A stretch of DNA of 64,000 nt, from positions 47,690 through 111,689 of the forward strand of contig JAKMXF010000354.1 in the NCBI GenBank assembly GCA_024704765.1. The letters are read 5' to 3'. Numbering within the stretch: the stretch's first letter is position 1; every line of letters starts with the position of its first letter. Positions 41,372-54,341 of this stretch are shown here, one piece after another. Origin of the DNA: Oopsacas minuta. Lineage: Eukaryota > Animalia > Porifera. Both the position numbers and the translations under genes were made by a program. The notes beneath the pieces are model-generated. The model worked only from the letters and a program-made list of their open reading frames with translations, was not told the DNA's origin and did no database searches.

Positions 41372-44300
41372 ATGTCTACATTAGACACAGCTATGGAGGT
41401 AGACTACTCTGCTAGTGTAGAGGAACAACTGCCTAAATGCAAGGAACTCGCTAAGCAGGGAAATCTACAAGAAGCACTGGAGAAGCTGCTTACTCTGGAG
41501 AAACAGACCAGATTGTGTGCAGACATGGTCAGCTGTGGTAAGGTATTAGTAGCTATTGTACAGCTGTGTTATGACTGTCACCAATGGAGTCTACTGAATC
41601 AGCAATTGGTGAGTATTTCCTTATGCTGTATGAGAGATTATTTAATTTTATAAACTTGATACAAGACTAAACTATTTATGAGACATGGATAGGTTTAGCA
41701 CATGCTTTTTAGGGAAATACTGCGATTCGGTTCAGTAATCACCCTGTATTGTTTTACATAAAGCCTCCCATTCGACCCTCCAAACAACGGGAAACTTTAT
41801 ATAGCTTAATCATCCTATCTCAACACAACAGATAATTATTTGGAAATCAGAGTATTCTTCATATATTTTTACTCCAAAATTACTGACAATATAAACGAGG
41901 AAAACTAAAATATAACCAATAACGACACTAATTTATGTCTGAAAATGAGAAACAAACTATGCATTTCGAAATGGTTTACTAGCTAATTTACCAGCCCTTA
42001 TCCGAGAGTACGTATTAACAGACGTAATAGTCAGTGATAAAGCATTGAAAGAGATTGTTAACCGTACTAAGTGATACTCCTTATCCCGAGTTACTTATTA
42101 ATCGTGTTTGTATTAACTCTTAATATCCCGTATTCTCATATCTCAGGTAAACTTGACAAAGAAAAGAAATATTCTGAAGCTTGCAATATGTAAAATGATT
42201 CAGGAAGCAGTTACTTTTGTAGAAGATGCTCCTGACATGGCAACCAAGCTAGAGCTAATCAAGACACTAAGGAATGTTACAGAGGGTAAGATATACGTGG
42301 AGAATGAGAGAGCTAGACTAACTCTTAAACTCAGTAACATACATGAAACAAATGGAGATATTACTTCTGCATCTTCTGTCCTGCAGGAACTGCAGGTATG
42401 TTTCTTATCTGTATTTTATAACTACTGGTAACTAATGTAGCAGAATTTAGAAAAAATTGGACAAGTGAAATAGTCTTTGCGTCGTTTTTACAATTTTATC
42501 TGGTAAACTCTCCAAATTATCAACGAATTCAAAAACTGGGAAATTCAGAAATACAAGTGATTGAATATCTGAGAATTGATAGAACATTATTTTTTGAATT
42601 TCCATATCTCTTCCAGCTCTATGAGGTAACTATTGAATACAAATCTTGAATACTTTTATTAAACGAGTTATGGTAGTTTATTAAGAATGAAATCAATGAA
42701 TGAATATCAGTTAATAATAAGGAATGATAACTTATCTATCAAGCAAGTGATAATAGTATTGGAGAGGTTTATACTCAGTAATAATAGCCATTAGATATAC
42801 CTACATAGATATACTGTATAGTAGCTAAGCAGCTTTAATGAATTTCTGTCTCATCTTCCTCTGAAGTGGCATAGAAAGACTGGTGACGTGTGCACTGGGC
42901 TGCATACGCTTTGCTCCATCTGATACCTTCCAAGCGTTCGGATTGAAATCTTCATTAGCTGGATTAGGAATTTTAGGAGCTGAGAGTTTCTGTATCCTCT
43001 CCGTAGCTATCGCTCTCTTGGCTGAGTCACTCACTGCCCATTGAACTTCTTTGGGAGGATTGTACTCTCCGTGAGATGTCTGTAAATACATACAAGTATA
43101 TTATATATCATTAATATGTAATTTAAACTTTCGTTAAGTTTTATTTTCCGCATCTTATTCCATACAAATAAATGCTAATTGGATATATCATTCTGTAAGT
43201 TATGCAGTTTAGCCTTCAAATTTCTAAAATACAATTGATTTTCAGACTTTAAGTTACATTGTATACTTACCTTTGCTACTGACAGTTTTTCAAGGTGTTC
43301 ACTAGCCACAGTTTTAGTAGCAGCCTTACTGATCTCCCATGCTGGCTGTCCCCACTCCTCCCATCTCTCCTTCCCGCTCTTCAACTTCCTGTTCTTCAAA
43401 TTGGATAGCTCCTCTATCCTAGCAGATACCACAGCTCTCTTGGTTGCAGATGATACCACCGTCTCTACGCTACGACAGGGTCTGTACTCAATATGCACTG
43501 TTTTTGCTCTAGCGAGCTTCTCTATCCGTCCTGTAGGGGTGTGTGTCTTTGAGGATCTTGAAACGTCCCAAATTGGTGAAGGTCTATCCCATAAGTAGTT
43601 TGGATGAAGAGACTTAGGAACGGTTAGCTCTTCCATTCTATTAGTTAAGCAGCACTGTGTGGTCTGGTTGTAATTCTGTATAATGTAATGATTGGTTACC
43701 CTCTATATCTTTACATCATTAATATTTATTATTATCTTACATCCACGGGGCTGTAAATTAAGGATCGATTATTCGAACAGGCAGGCATACTAGGTATTAT
43801 TACTATTTTACAAGATTGCATCCGAATAGTTCAATATTCGGTATTCGGTTGGTCGAAAACAAATACAATGCAACCTCTATAAGTGGGGAATTCTGCTATA
43901 ATTTTTCTGGAATAATCAATTTTTTGTGCTAAATTTGGAAATAAACACGTATTCATCGCTATGATAAATTTAAATCTTTTGGTTTCTCAGAAGATTCCTT
44001 ACAAATTCTTACATTCAACCAACAACCTTAGGGCATATTATAATCAAATATCTTTGAAAAAACAGTCGTGGGAGGAAACGGCTATACATATTGACGCACA
44101 CATCTCTCGTTCAAGGACTTATCCATTTGAAATTATAAACGGGGGAATGGGGGTTAACAGCAGATTCGCCGGACCGACCTTCTCCACTTATAGAAGTTCT
44201 ACTGTATTATCAGTCTTCAATAAGGCTGCTATTCATGAACATTGATATTCGGTTCGAGCGGTTTAAACCTTGCTAATTTCCTATATAGAGTGCAAAGGTT

Positions 44301-44814
44301 AATTATGATGTCAGCCTTTAGTAGATATAGGAAGGGCACTACTATTTAGGAGCGTGAAAATGGCTCCTTTCCCTACACCATAACAGTAATTAGCGGATTA
44401 GACGGGAGGATTAGGAACGTACTCCCAAGGACCTGTATAATTATATCACTCTGAGGGGCACGAGCTAAAACCACTCGGCACCCTGTTATAAGGGTTATGG
44501 TTAAGATATTTAGTATGTACTCTGTATTACCTTTTGTGGAATGTTATTGTCCCAGTATACAGAACGTCTATCCTCAGAGAATCCAGCTGGTACAGGCTTG
44601 TACTTAGCTAGCTCTATTGTCCTGCCTGTAGGCGCACTGTAGGTCTGCTTACGTGTGTGAGATTTGTCTCTGGTATTCCTAGTTGTCCTTCTGGAGTTCT
44701 TGCTGCCAAGGGGAAGGGGTACTGAATGAGGACCGTTCTAATTAGGGAGATTACATATAAACCTTTTTCGAAAATTATATTTCGCAGTCGAATAATGTCA
44801 ATATCGGATCAACA

Positions 44815-44858
<44 letters not shown>

Positions 44859-47540
44859 CTTACCGCACTTCTCTTTGCATCCACAGAATCATCTTTGTGA
44901 TGAGCTAACTCAGGCTCCACACCTGTGTCCCTTCCACTCATTGTAAATCTAATGTGCAATCAAAAGAATTTATTATTTCATAAACTGGATGGAATTTGTA
45001 GTACAGGAATAGTTTTGTGACAGAATTATTCTATTATATGGGTGGTTAAGAATGTTGTTTCCCCGAGGTTATCATTTCGGTGTTTTCCTTCGAAGTTTGT
45101 TATAAAATAACGTAAATGATATGATATTCATCTATTCCTATCTTTTGCGAAAGCCATTTATCAAAATGTTGTATAGGTGTAGTCGATATACAACCTATTC
45201 AGCATATTTATATTGGATTGTAATTTATAATATTTCAATTTATTTGAGTACACAATAATAGTATTAATTTACTAATTTCAATAGTGCATTAATTAATTAT
45301 TGTAATGTACTACGGTGGTGTTCGCCTATTAGCATTCATCCAGGGCATATGAGACCATTTTGTATTGGAAATAGTTCCTCTAATTCTATAGCAAAGTTTG
45401 CGTAATTGAAATGCAAATCTTGAAAATTGCTAATTGGCGAACTTCACCGTATAAGTTATTATATATCTGTATTTGGATTGTAGTGAAGAATTTTCCCTTG
45501 GATTAGTGTCCATCTTGCTCGTGGATGTTGTCCGGATACTTGGAAACCTCCAGGTTGTATAGTTGGGTATTTGGAATCGTTATCTACTTGGGAAAGGGAT
45601 TTTTATCGGATTGGTTAATTAGAATATTACTTCTAATTCGTGCTTATTTGTGTTTGGGTGTGGTGGGCTTTAGTTCGTCCACTTCGATATTTTATTTTCA
45701 CTATTTCTCGGATTGATATTCAGCCTCATATGAGATGTGTTTTATATTAATGGCATTTCAGCTATCATATTTTATTATTTCTTTGAAATTAATTCGAAAC
45801 ATATAGTAACCACTTATAATCTCAAGGCACTCTTAAATACACCCCTCAATCACTGGCTTGGAGCTCTTAATTGATATGAGAAAGTTCTAAAACAGTTATT
45901 AAATGTCGGTATCCGAGTATTTAGCATTTCAGAAATTATATGTACCCTTAGTATATTGTATGTTTAGGTAGAGACGTATGGCTCCATGGAGCGCCAAGAG
46001 AAAACAGAGTTTATTCTTGAACAGATGAGGCTCTCTCTTGCAAAAGAGGACTATATTCGCACTCAAATTATTTCTAAGAAGATTAATATACGATTCTTCT
46101 CAGAAACTTCTCCCACAGTGCAGCAGCTCAAGATCCGTTTCTATAAACAGATGATACAGCTGTCTGAACATGACAAGAACTTCCTGGAGACCTGTCAACA
46201 TTATAGACAGATTCATGGAACTGAGTGTGTAAATGAGGACGAGTCTTGGTGGAAGGAAATTCTCAAATTTTCTTGCATCTACATTATTCTATCTCCTTAC
46301 TTCAATGAGCAAGAAGATCTGATTAACAGGTTACTCTCTCTTCCTAATTGTATTTAATATACGTATATGTAAATATTTATTGAATCGCTTTCGCAATTGG
46401 AACTCTCTTACTAAAATACGTAGTATATTGACAAACTTAGAAATTCGATATTCGGATTCAACATACTTCGCCTTACCCTTGTATTGCCGTAAGAGTAACT
46501 TTTATACAGTGGAAGCCGCTTAAACGGGACAATGATTTGGGAACAGATTTTTACACAGAAAATCGCCGGATAATTGGGGCATCGAATCGGTTAATAGGGA
46601 TAGAAATCCCGATTAACCGAATATAAACATTATACTCGCTCAATTGGTATTTCATTCCAATTACAATTATATATGTATTCAGAATCATTGTAATATGGTT
46701 TGTTTTAAAGATAGGAATTTTAATATTCTACAAACATAACAATACAACACCGATACAATTGCAATTTACAAAACTATTGACTTTGCTCACTCCCTACATA
46801 ATCAGAATTTAGTAGTAGTGTAATAAGATATTTCTGGTTATGATCTGAGACCATGAAAACTAGTTTTGAGTACTTAAATAAATCATAATCGGTTAATCGG
46901 GACAAAACATTGACTCCAGAGCTGTCCCGATTAAGCGACTTCCACTGTATTATACATATTTATTCTGTGTATTGATAGGATACTGCTGGATAAACAACTA
47001 GGCCAACTTCCTGATTACAAAGATATTCTAACTCTCTTCACGACATTAGAACTAATATACTGGTCAGATTTCTATAATAAGTACCAGATATTACTCAGAG
47101 ATGGAACAGATTCATGTCCTGCTGTAAATGTTAGTATATTTCCTATTATATGAGCAATTAAATTATATAACCTTACTGCTGTTTAGGTGTTCAATCACTC
47201 TGAAAGGGGAGAAGAAATGTGGATAGAACTTCATCGTCGTATTACAGAGCACAATATACGAGTAATGGCTAAACACTACACTAGAATATCAATAAACAGG
47301 ATGACACACCTTCTCGCATTACCCCAGGATACTACTGAAGAAATAACTTCTCATTTAGTAGTTAACAAAACAATATACGCGCGTATTGATAGATCCAAGG
47401 GAATAGTTTGTTTCAGAAAACCCTTAGAAACACATCAATATCTCTCAGATTGGTCTCATAGCATAGAAAACTTGATGGGGTTTGTATCCAAATCAGTTCA
47501 CCTTATTAACAAGGAGGAGATGATTCACAAACTCAAGTAG
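41372..47540 (+). CDS. PSMD12: 26S proteasome lid subunit RPN5; exons 41372-41608, 42147-42395, 45968-46329, 46979-~47129, 47187-47540
   Basis: LEKQTRLCADM, EGKIYVENERARLT, LQELQ|VETYGSME, EQMRL, EHNIRVMAKHYTRI, ARIDR; splice phases are consistent. Confidence 0.95.
42825..44941 (-). CDS. THEG: THEG-repeat (SPMAP2-like) axonemal/sperm microtubule protein nested antisense in PSMD12 intron 2; exons 44941-44864, 44737-44531, 43675-43271, 43079-42825
   Basis: Four phase-0 exons with GT-AG boundaries join into about 314 aa with repeated R+..LA.PK / W.+S..A motifs and DRRSVYW. Confidence 0.75.
44817..44857. repeat. (TAA)n microsatellite in THEG intron 1
   Basis: About 13 TAA units. Confidence 0.95.
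46507..46947. mobile_element. Tc1/pogo-type MITE in PSMD12 intron 3
   Basis: TIRs CAGTGGAAGCCGCTTAAACGGGACA / TGTCCCGATTAAGCGACTTCCACTG (23/25), flanked by TA. Confidence 0.85.
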
Positions 47541-48045
47541 TTTATAGCGTTTTGTTTAGTATAGAAATGTATAAATAGGGAGAACTTTATGGTTAGATTG
47601 AGTTCAATTAAGTTTGACTATTGATTTGCCAATTTGCAGCTATAAATATAGATATTAGAATAGGTTAACTACGTAGTATTGAAAGGTGTGGAACGTGAAC
47701 ATCTGATTAATGACGGATAATTTGTGAAATTTGCTGATCTCTACCAATTTCTCTCGGACGGACGGACGGACGTGCAAATTGAAACTTTGCTTATCTATCA
47801 AATAAGGTATGTCCGTGTTGCAGCTGTAGTAAGGTTAGTGACTCAAAACTCAACGACTCTCAGATAAAAAATCCTTTTTTTATTGATGTAGTTCTTACTT
47901 TCTATAGAGAGATACCCAAAATATGTACTTAAGTCTGTCCATCGCAGGATCCCGAGTTACTGCAATCAGCCAATGCCCCAGGCCTGTTACCTTATTAATA
48001 AGATAATATATGTACATATTGTTTCTCCCTGTACTATGCTATTAG

Positions 48046-49614
48046 ATGTATATATTATTTATTTTGTCCCTATTCGCTCTCCTATATCCAGTCCTATCCT
48101 GCATCAGTTCTACTGAGATTAATTGTACTTGTAAACATACAGCTCAAGATATAGGAGAGTGTTCCTCTAATGATACCTGTATAGGATTTGTCTGCTATGT
48201 ATTCACCCGTAGATATCTGCATTCGATTTCTACTCAATGGGGGTGTCTGAAAGAGGATGATATCGCTGAGGCATCCCATATTTCCAACGATTCGCTATGT
48301 CCTAGAAAGTTTCCTTTCGAATATAGTCCAAACCTTCTTGATGAATGTTGCTGTACTGACTATTGTAATACTAACCTAAAACCTGAGTTTACTACCACTG
48401 CTACTCCTCCATTGACCACTACAACTGGTAAACCTATAGAGAAATCCACCATATTAGCTTTCTCAATCAGTATTCCATTATTCTTAATATCTATTATTGT
48501 ACTACTCTTGATTCTACTTTCATTGTTCTTCCGATCTGGATATGCTAACTCTAGATTGTTCAGATCAATCGGATCAACTCGTATACGACGTACAGAATCA
48601 TACTGCCTCTGTTCTGGGTCGTTGGAGGGAGACACCTTATCCTCCGGCTCAGGGTCTGGTCTGCCATTCCTACAGCCACGTACTGTTGCTAAAGAGATCC
48701 AGCTGTTGGAATTAGTTGGGCAAGGTAGATTTGGTCGCGTACACAGAGGAATCTGGCGTGGTGATTCTGTAGCAGTTAAGATATTCTCCACAGTGGATGA
48801 GGACTCATGGACCCGGGAGACAGGCATATACAACACAGTCCTTCTAAGACATGACAATATCCTCACTTGTCTAGGATCTGATATGATATCTAATGACGGG
48901 GTTACAGAATTGTGGCTCGTGACTCACTACCATCCATTTGGCTCACTCTACGACTATTTGAATAAATCTACTGTACAACTAGAGATGAATATATTCTCTC
49001 AGCTCGCTATCTCTGCTATCAACGGATTAGTGCATCTACACTGGGACATTAGTGGTACTCATAACAAGCCAGCTATTGCTCATCGAGACCTGAAAAGTAA
49101 GAATCTGTTAGTCAAGAATGGATGTACTATTTGCATTGCAGATTTCGGAATGGCAGTACGAGACCAGAACAAGGAAGACTTGGATGAAGCAGCTAAGAAC
49201 ATTAAACAAGGAACAAGTAGATACCTAGCTCCTGAGATATTGGGTGAGACTATAGACACAACCTCTTTCGACTCCTACCGTCGTGTTGATATATACTGTT
49301 TCGGATTGATATTATGGGAATTAATGCAGAAATTAAAATCCCCTGATGAGCATGTGGACGATTATCAGATCCCTTATCATACTGAGGCTCCCTCTGACCC
49401 TACATTTGAGGATATGCGTGAGATTGTATTCGTACAGAAGAAGCGACCTCATTCTAGCAAGAGACTTCTCAACTCAACAGCTCTAGCTAGCATACTACAG
49501 ATAATGCAGGAATGCTGGTATCAAGATCCTGGAGCTCGTCTCACCTCTCTCAGAATAAAAAGTACACTTACCTCTACACTAGCTTTTGTACCCAACAATG
49601 TGTATAGTGACTGA
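48046..49614 (+). CDS. ACVR1: TGF-beta superfamily type I receptor kinase, ALK1/2-like, intronless
   Basis: Signal peptide, Cys-rich ectodomain with CCCTDYCN, TM, GS box SGSGSGLP, GQGRFG, AVKIF, HRDLKSKN, DFG, GTSRYLAPE; L45 loop SDMISNDG. Confidence 0.85.
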   Translation: MYILFILSLFALLYPVLSCISSTEINCTCKHTAQDIGECSSNDTCIGFVCYVFTRRYLHSISTQWGCLKEDDIAEASHISNDSLCPRKFPFEYSPNLLDECCCTDYCNTNLKPEFTTTATPPLTTTTGKPIEKSTILAFSISIPLFLISIIVLLLILLSLFFRSGYANSRLFRSIGSTRIRRTESYCLCSGSLEGDTLSSGSGSGLPFLQPRTVAKEIQLLELVGQGRFGRVHRGIWRGDSVAVKIFSTVDEDSWTRETGIYNTVLLRHDNILTCLGSDMISNDGVTELWLVTHYHPFGSLYDYLNKSTVQLEMNIFSQLAISAINGLVHLHWDISGTHNKPAIAHRDLKSKNLLVKNGCTICIADFGMAVRDQNKEDLDEAAKNIKQGTSRYLAPEILGETIDTTSFDSYRRVDIYCFGLILWELMQKLKSPDEHVDDYQIPYHTEAPSDPTFEDMREIVFVQKKRPHSSKRLLNSTALASILQIMQECWYQDPGARLTSLRIKSTLTSTLAFVPNNVYSD

Positions 49615-50231
49615 TTCATTATTTCCATATCTGTTATCAACATTTGATGAAAGGATATAAACGTATATTTATTTGTACTAAATATTTAAACAGCATGTTT
49701 GTATGTATGTATGTATATCTCACATCTTTGATGAATGACTTTAATTGGATTTATATTCTATACGCGGTTGGTCTGAGCTCTTTAAAAGTTTTTATTTATG
49801 CAATCAATTCAAAATCTAAGTCCCACAGCTGCAGCTGGCTATTATTCGCTGGGATACTATTCAGGGAAAATATGGAATACTACATAAATTACCATATTTA
49901 TTATTCCCCGATTAGGCGATTACTAACCGAGAACAGTCAAGTGATACGGTATTCATCAAACTAATTTCCTGTAGTATTAAACTAAAGAGTCCGAACTCCC
50001 TCCAGGTTTTCTTGAAAATTGGAAAGTTTTAATCCTATGGTAGTAGATGGTGGACGGTTTTAATACAAACTATTGCTGATTACTGAGCTGTAGAACCTCG
50101 TTAATACATAATACAGGTGACATAGAGATGTGTTTATACTCTATATCTTGAGTTACGTCTTAACTAGATCTAGATTCTACTGTAATACTTAATCTATTTG
50201 TCTTTTGTACTCCCATATAATATCCTTCAGA

Positions 50232-51185
50232 ATGTTATTTCGACTTAGATTGCTTCAACTTAGACATCACTTATTACACAAATCATTTTTTCCAACCTTT
50301 TCTACTGATAGCTCTCCAGAAAATATTACTTTTATCTGTTCGGGTTTTGAATCGAATCACTCATACAATATTTCAAAATTTAAGAAAAATATCTTAATTG
50401 ACTCTTCTAAATATTCACTAATTCCTTTACCTAAGGAAATAAATGAAGCTATTTTGTTAAAAATTCCTAAACCTCGATCTCGTGATGACGCAGACAGTTT
50501 AGTTTTTGTCTTTAACAACGGATTAATGGTTACTTGGAATGTTTCTAAGAAAGAAGTAAATCAACTCAAACAGAATCTCTTGTTATTACAATCTAATAAT
50601 TCTAGCGGACTAACTCGTAGTAATTTGGAGAGGGAGGACATAAACTATACAATCAGTAGTGATGGGAAGACAGGTATTTATAAGAACGATATTGTACTCT
50701 TTCGGCATAAAGATAAAACGATAACATTCTTAGAACAATATGCGTTTTCTCATGCTATTGCATTGTCTATGCGTTTGGCAATCTGGGAAAGACTTGTTGA
50801 TGATTTTGTATCTTCCATTTATTGGATACCAAATGCACTGAAGAACGGACAGAAAATAAGAATATCAAGGAGCGATATTCTGAAGAAAACTGGAGAATTA
50901 TTATCAATTAGATATCAAGTTAATTTCAACTCTGACTTGTTTAAAGCTCCTGATTGTTTCTGGGATAATCCTAGTCTGGAAGAACTGTACAACAAGATGT
51001 CAGCTTATCTTGATGTGAAAATGAGAGGGAGGATATTGACAGAGATGATGAATCACTGTTCTGCTATTGTAGATCTTCTAAGGAGTCATTTAAATGAGAG
51101 ACACTCCTTTAGATTGGAGTGGGGGATTATTATTCTTATTCTTTTCGAGGTTATGTTTGAAATTTTACATTATTTACATAAATAA
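50232..51185 (+). CDS. RMND1: Required for meiotic nuclear division 1 (DUF155), mitochondrial translation factor
   Basis: FVFNNGLMVTWN, YAFSHAIALSMRLAIWE, FWDNPSLEELY, YLDVKMR, HSFRLEWGIIILI; presequence-like N-term. Confidence 0.9.
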   Translation: MLFRLRLLQLRHHLLHKSFFPTFSTDSSPENITFICSGFESNHSYNISKFKKNILIDSSKYSLIPLPKEINEAILLKIPKPRSRDDADSLVFVFNNGLMVTWNVSKKEVNQLKQNLLLLQSNNSSGLTRSNLEREDINYTISSDGKTGIYKNDIVLFRHKDKTITFLEQYAFSHAIALSMRLAIWERLVDDFVSSIYWIPNALKNGQKIRISRSDILKKTGELLSIRYQVNFNSDLFKAPDCFWDNPSLEELYNKMSAYLDVKMRGRILTEMMNHCSAIVDLLRSHLNERHSFRLEWGIIILILFEVMFEILHYLHK

Positions 51186-51667
51186 CTAAATACCTTCTCA
51201 CTTAGAATTGAGTCATGGAAGAATCTAAATAGCCTTTACGGTACAACTATAGTATTGTACCGGAAGGTGATTCCCTTTTAATCGACACTAGGGGTTATTT
51301 TGAAGTCATAGAACTCGTCGAATAATGAACAGGGAACTTTAGAAGACTAAAATCGGACTAAATTTGACAAAGTTATAATCATTTTACTATATAAGCCAAA
51401 GTCTATGAGGATATTTGCAATAACTGAATGAAGCCAATTTATACGCTATATGTTTGTTTGTATTCACTTTGCTTATGCATACTACTCTCACACGTTCAGC
51501 ATTTCTATGAGTTTGTATTTTATGTTATTTCCTATGATGTTTTACAAATGAGAGGTCATGAAACTAACTAAACCACGTTTATGATTGATGAAGCCACTTT
51601 TAGAATACATATGAAGACTAATATTCTAAATACCTAACTATTCCTATGATTGCAAAGTAGTGTATGA

Positions 51668-52011
51668 CAGGCTTGGACCGGGTCATGATATCCTGACTCC
51701 GTAGACCAGGTTGAAATTTCTGACCCGGTGACCCGGTTTTCAAAACATTAATTTTCTATATTACATATCTATATACGTACATAAGAGTATATATGTATAT
51801 AAGTATACAGTAGTAATGATACCAAACAAGTTTAGTAAAAATACTAATGATTCATGAAAATGAAACGTGTAACTAATATTGACTGAATCTTTATGATTTA
51901 CAAACCGTTATAATTTAATTATCCATAAAGATATAAACCGGGTCAAGTCAAAATCAGTGACCCGGTTCAGACCAGGAAATTTATTGAAAATAGTGACCCG
52001 GTCCAAGCCTG
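51668..52011. mobile_element. hAT MITE
   Basis: Perfect 18-bp TIR CAGGCTTGGACCGGGTCA, perfect 8-bp TSD GTGTATGA, subterminal TGACCCGG repeats. Confidence 0.93.
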
Positions 52012-52242
52012 GTGTATGATTACCCAACATTGTAATAGGAATGCAACATTTTCAATACGAAAACAAATATGTAGTATTAATGAAAACAACAAAATGCTAT
52101 TGTCAGTAATGTGGTTATTTCAAATTAAGTTGCCACAAAATTGTGACATTCCTTCTAGCAATTGTGTTACGTCGATGAGCCGACTGGTATATAACAAGTA
52201 ATTGTTGCACATATAATATTCTACGTATTGATATTACAACTA

Positions 52243-53132
52243 ATGGATTTTCAGCCAATACTTGAGCCCACTGTCTTCAGAGAAATCCCGCAGGATTTGA
52301 TTATTGATGACATTATTATCCTTGCACAGTCTTGTGATAATGTCATAAACTGGTTAAGAACGTATGGCTTATTAGCGCGTCGAATGCGGTGTCGTTGTGG
52401 AGTAGAAATGTATGAAACACATTCTTCTCACTTTCAGGATGGCTATGAATGGAGATGTAGTCCATGTAGACGAAAGTGTTCGATCCGCCATGGGTCCTTC
52501 TTCACACCATCCAAAATTCCACTCCCATTGATGTTCAAGTGCCTGTACTATTGGAGTGAGCACTTGCAGTCGCATGCATTTTTGGAGAAGCATTTGCGAT
52601 GGAGTCCGAACACAGTGGTTGATTAGAAGAAATATTAATGAACCCTCAACCCATTGGAGGTCCTGGCAAGATCGTTGAGATAGACGAATCCAAATTCGGC
52701 AAACGAAAATATAATAGGGGCAGACTGTTAAGTGGCCAGTGGGTATTTGGGATGGTTGAGAGGGATACAGATGATATAATTATGGTTACTGTACCTGATC
52801 GCTCAACAGCCACTCTTCTGCCAATTATCCAAAGGTTCATTCATCCACAAACAATAATTTATTCTGATGAGTGGGCTTCCTACAATATATTAAGTCACTC
52901 CGGATATACCCATTACACAGTTAACCATTCCGAGAATTTCGTAGGCCCAGCGACTTATGTACACACCCAGAAGATAGAAGGGAGTTGGGGAGGTGTTCAG
53001 AAAAAAGGACAGACAACAAATCCTGAATTACTTGAGACCCATCTCATAGAGGCTTGTTGGCGGAGGAGACATAAGAAAAATATTTTTGGATTTATTCTAA
53101 GAGGAATTAGAGGTTTATATCCAGTAATATAA
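52243..53132 (+). mobile_element. Merlin (IS1595/ISXO2-like DDE) transposase pseudogene
   Basis: N-terminal CxC/CxxC zinc ribbon, IGGPGKIVEIDES, WVFGMVER, IYSDEWASY, VNHSENFV, HTQKIEGSW; TAG at 52624-26 plus a small deletion. Confidence 0.9.
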
Positions 53133-53350
53133 ATCAGTATCTGTAAACTTCATCATAGTAAATATTTTCTTAGAATGTTGGTAATATATACATCAATATA
53201 GTCATAGTGTACTAGGTATCACTTATAATCCGAATTGTAACCACTACAGTACACCCAGTCACTCAATAATCTGAACACTTTCACAAGGGTTAATTCACTA
53301 TTTATTAAGTTGTTTTTTATGTAGCAAAATATGTTGCTAAGAATATAGAC

Positions 53351-53586
53351 CAGGGCTGTATCAACTCATTTTGAGTTGGCAAAAATCAACTCATTTTTTT
53401 CTATCAACTCATTCATTTTTATTGCACCAACTCATTCAACTCATTTCAACTCAATTCTAAAATGAGTTGGTTCAATCAACTCATTTCAACTCATTCAACT
53501 CATTCAACTCATTCATTTGAGGGTTACCAACTCATTCAATAAAATGACTTGATTTTGCCAACTCAAAATGAGTTGATACAACCCTG
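53351..53586. mobile_element. hAT MITE filled with CAACTCATT repeats
   Basis: 34-bp TIR (33/34) CAGGG(C/T)TGTATCAACTCATTTTGAGTTGGCAAAA; perfect 8-bp TSD ATATAGAC. Confidence 0.93.
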
Positions 53587-54341
53587 ATATAGACCCAATT
53601 TATTAGCCTTAATCTAAAACCTAGATAAATGTAGTTGTTGCATAAATATAGATATGTTGCATATCTAAGGGTTAATTTTGAAAGAGTGCGTGCTCAAATA
53701 TGAATTCACTGCAATATTTAGCTCAAATTATGAACTAAAATCTCAGCTCCAATTTGATCGCATCTTACCCTCAACATTATATGATCTCACCTAAATGTGT
53801 CCTGTTTCACCGGATTTGGGTTGTACTCCTGGAATTTTGACAGCAGCCCCATCATATTTCCCCAGAAAATTAGAGGGAACAGCGTGCTTAAGATATGCGT
53901 ACTTCCCTTGACTATAGTGATTAGTCATGGACGTAGTATAGTATCAGGAGTGTGCTGGGGGCCCATGCGGAATGCCTAGGCCTATTAATAGGTTTATGAG
54001 CGTCCCCCACTTCATTTTTCGGACAAATATTACTGGACACGTACTCGGATTTGTTATAATGCAAACAGTAAACCATAAAATTTTACTCCTATAAAACATA
54101 AAATACAAACTCATAGAAATGCTGAATGTGTGAGAGTAGTATGCATAAGCAAAGTGAAACAAACAAACATATAGCGTATAAATTGGCTTCATTCAGTTAT
54201 TGCAATATATCCTCATAGACTTTGGCTTATATAGTAAAATGATTATAACTTTGTCAAATTTAGTCCGATTTAGTCTTCTAAAGTTCCCTGTTCATTATTC
54301 GACGAGTTCTATGACTTCAAAATAACCCCTAGTGTCGATTA

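Noticed and set aside
52012-53194. Short TIR pair for Merlin (GTGTATGATTACCCAACATT / AATGTTGGTAATATATACAT)
   Set aside because: Imperfect, overlaps the hAT TSD, lacks GG...CC ends and has no TSD of its own.
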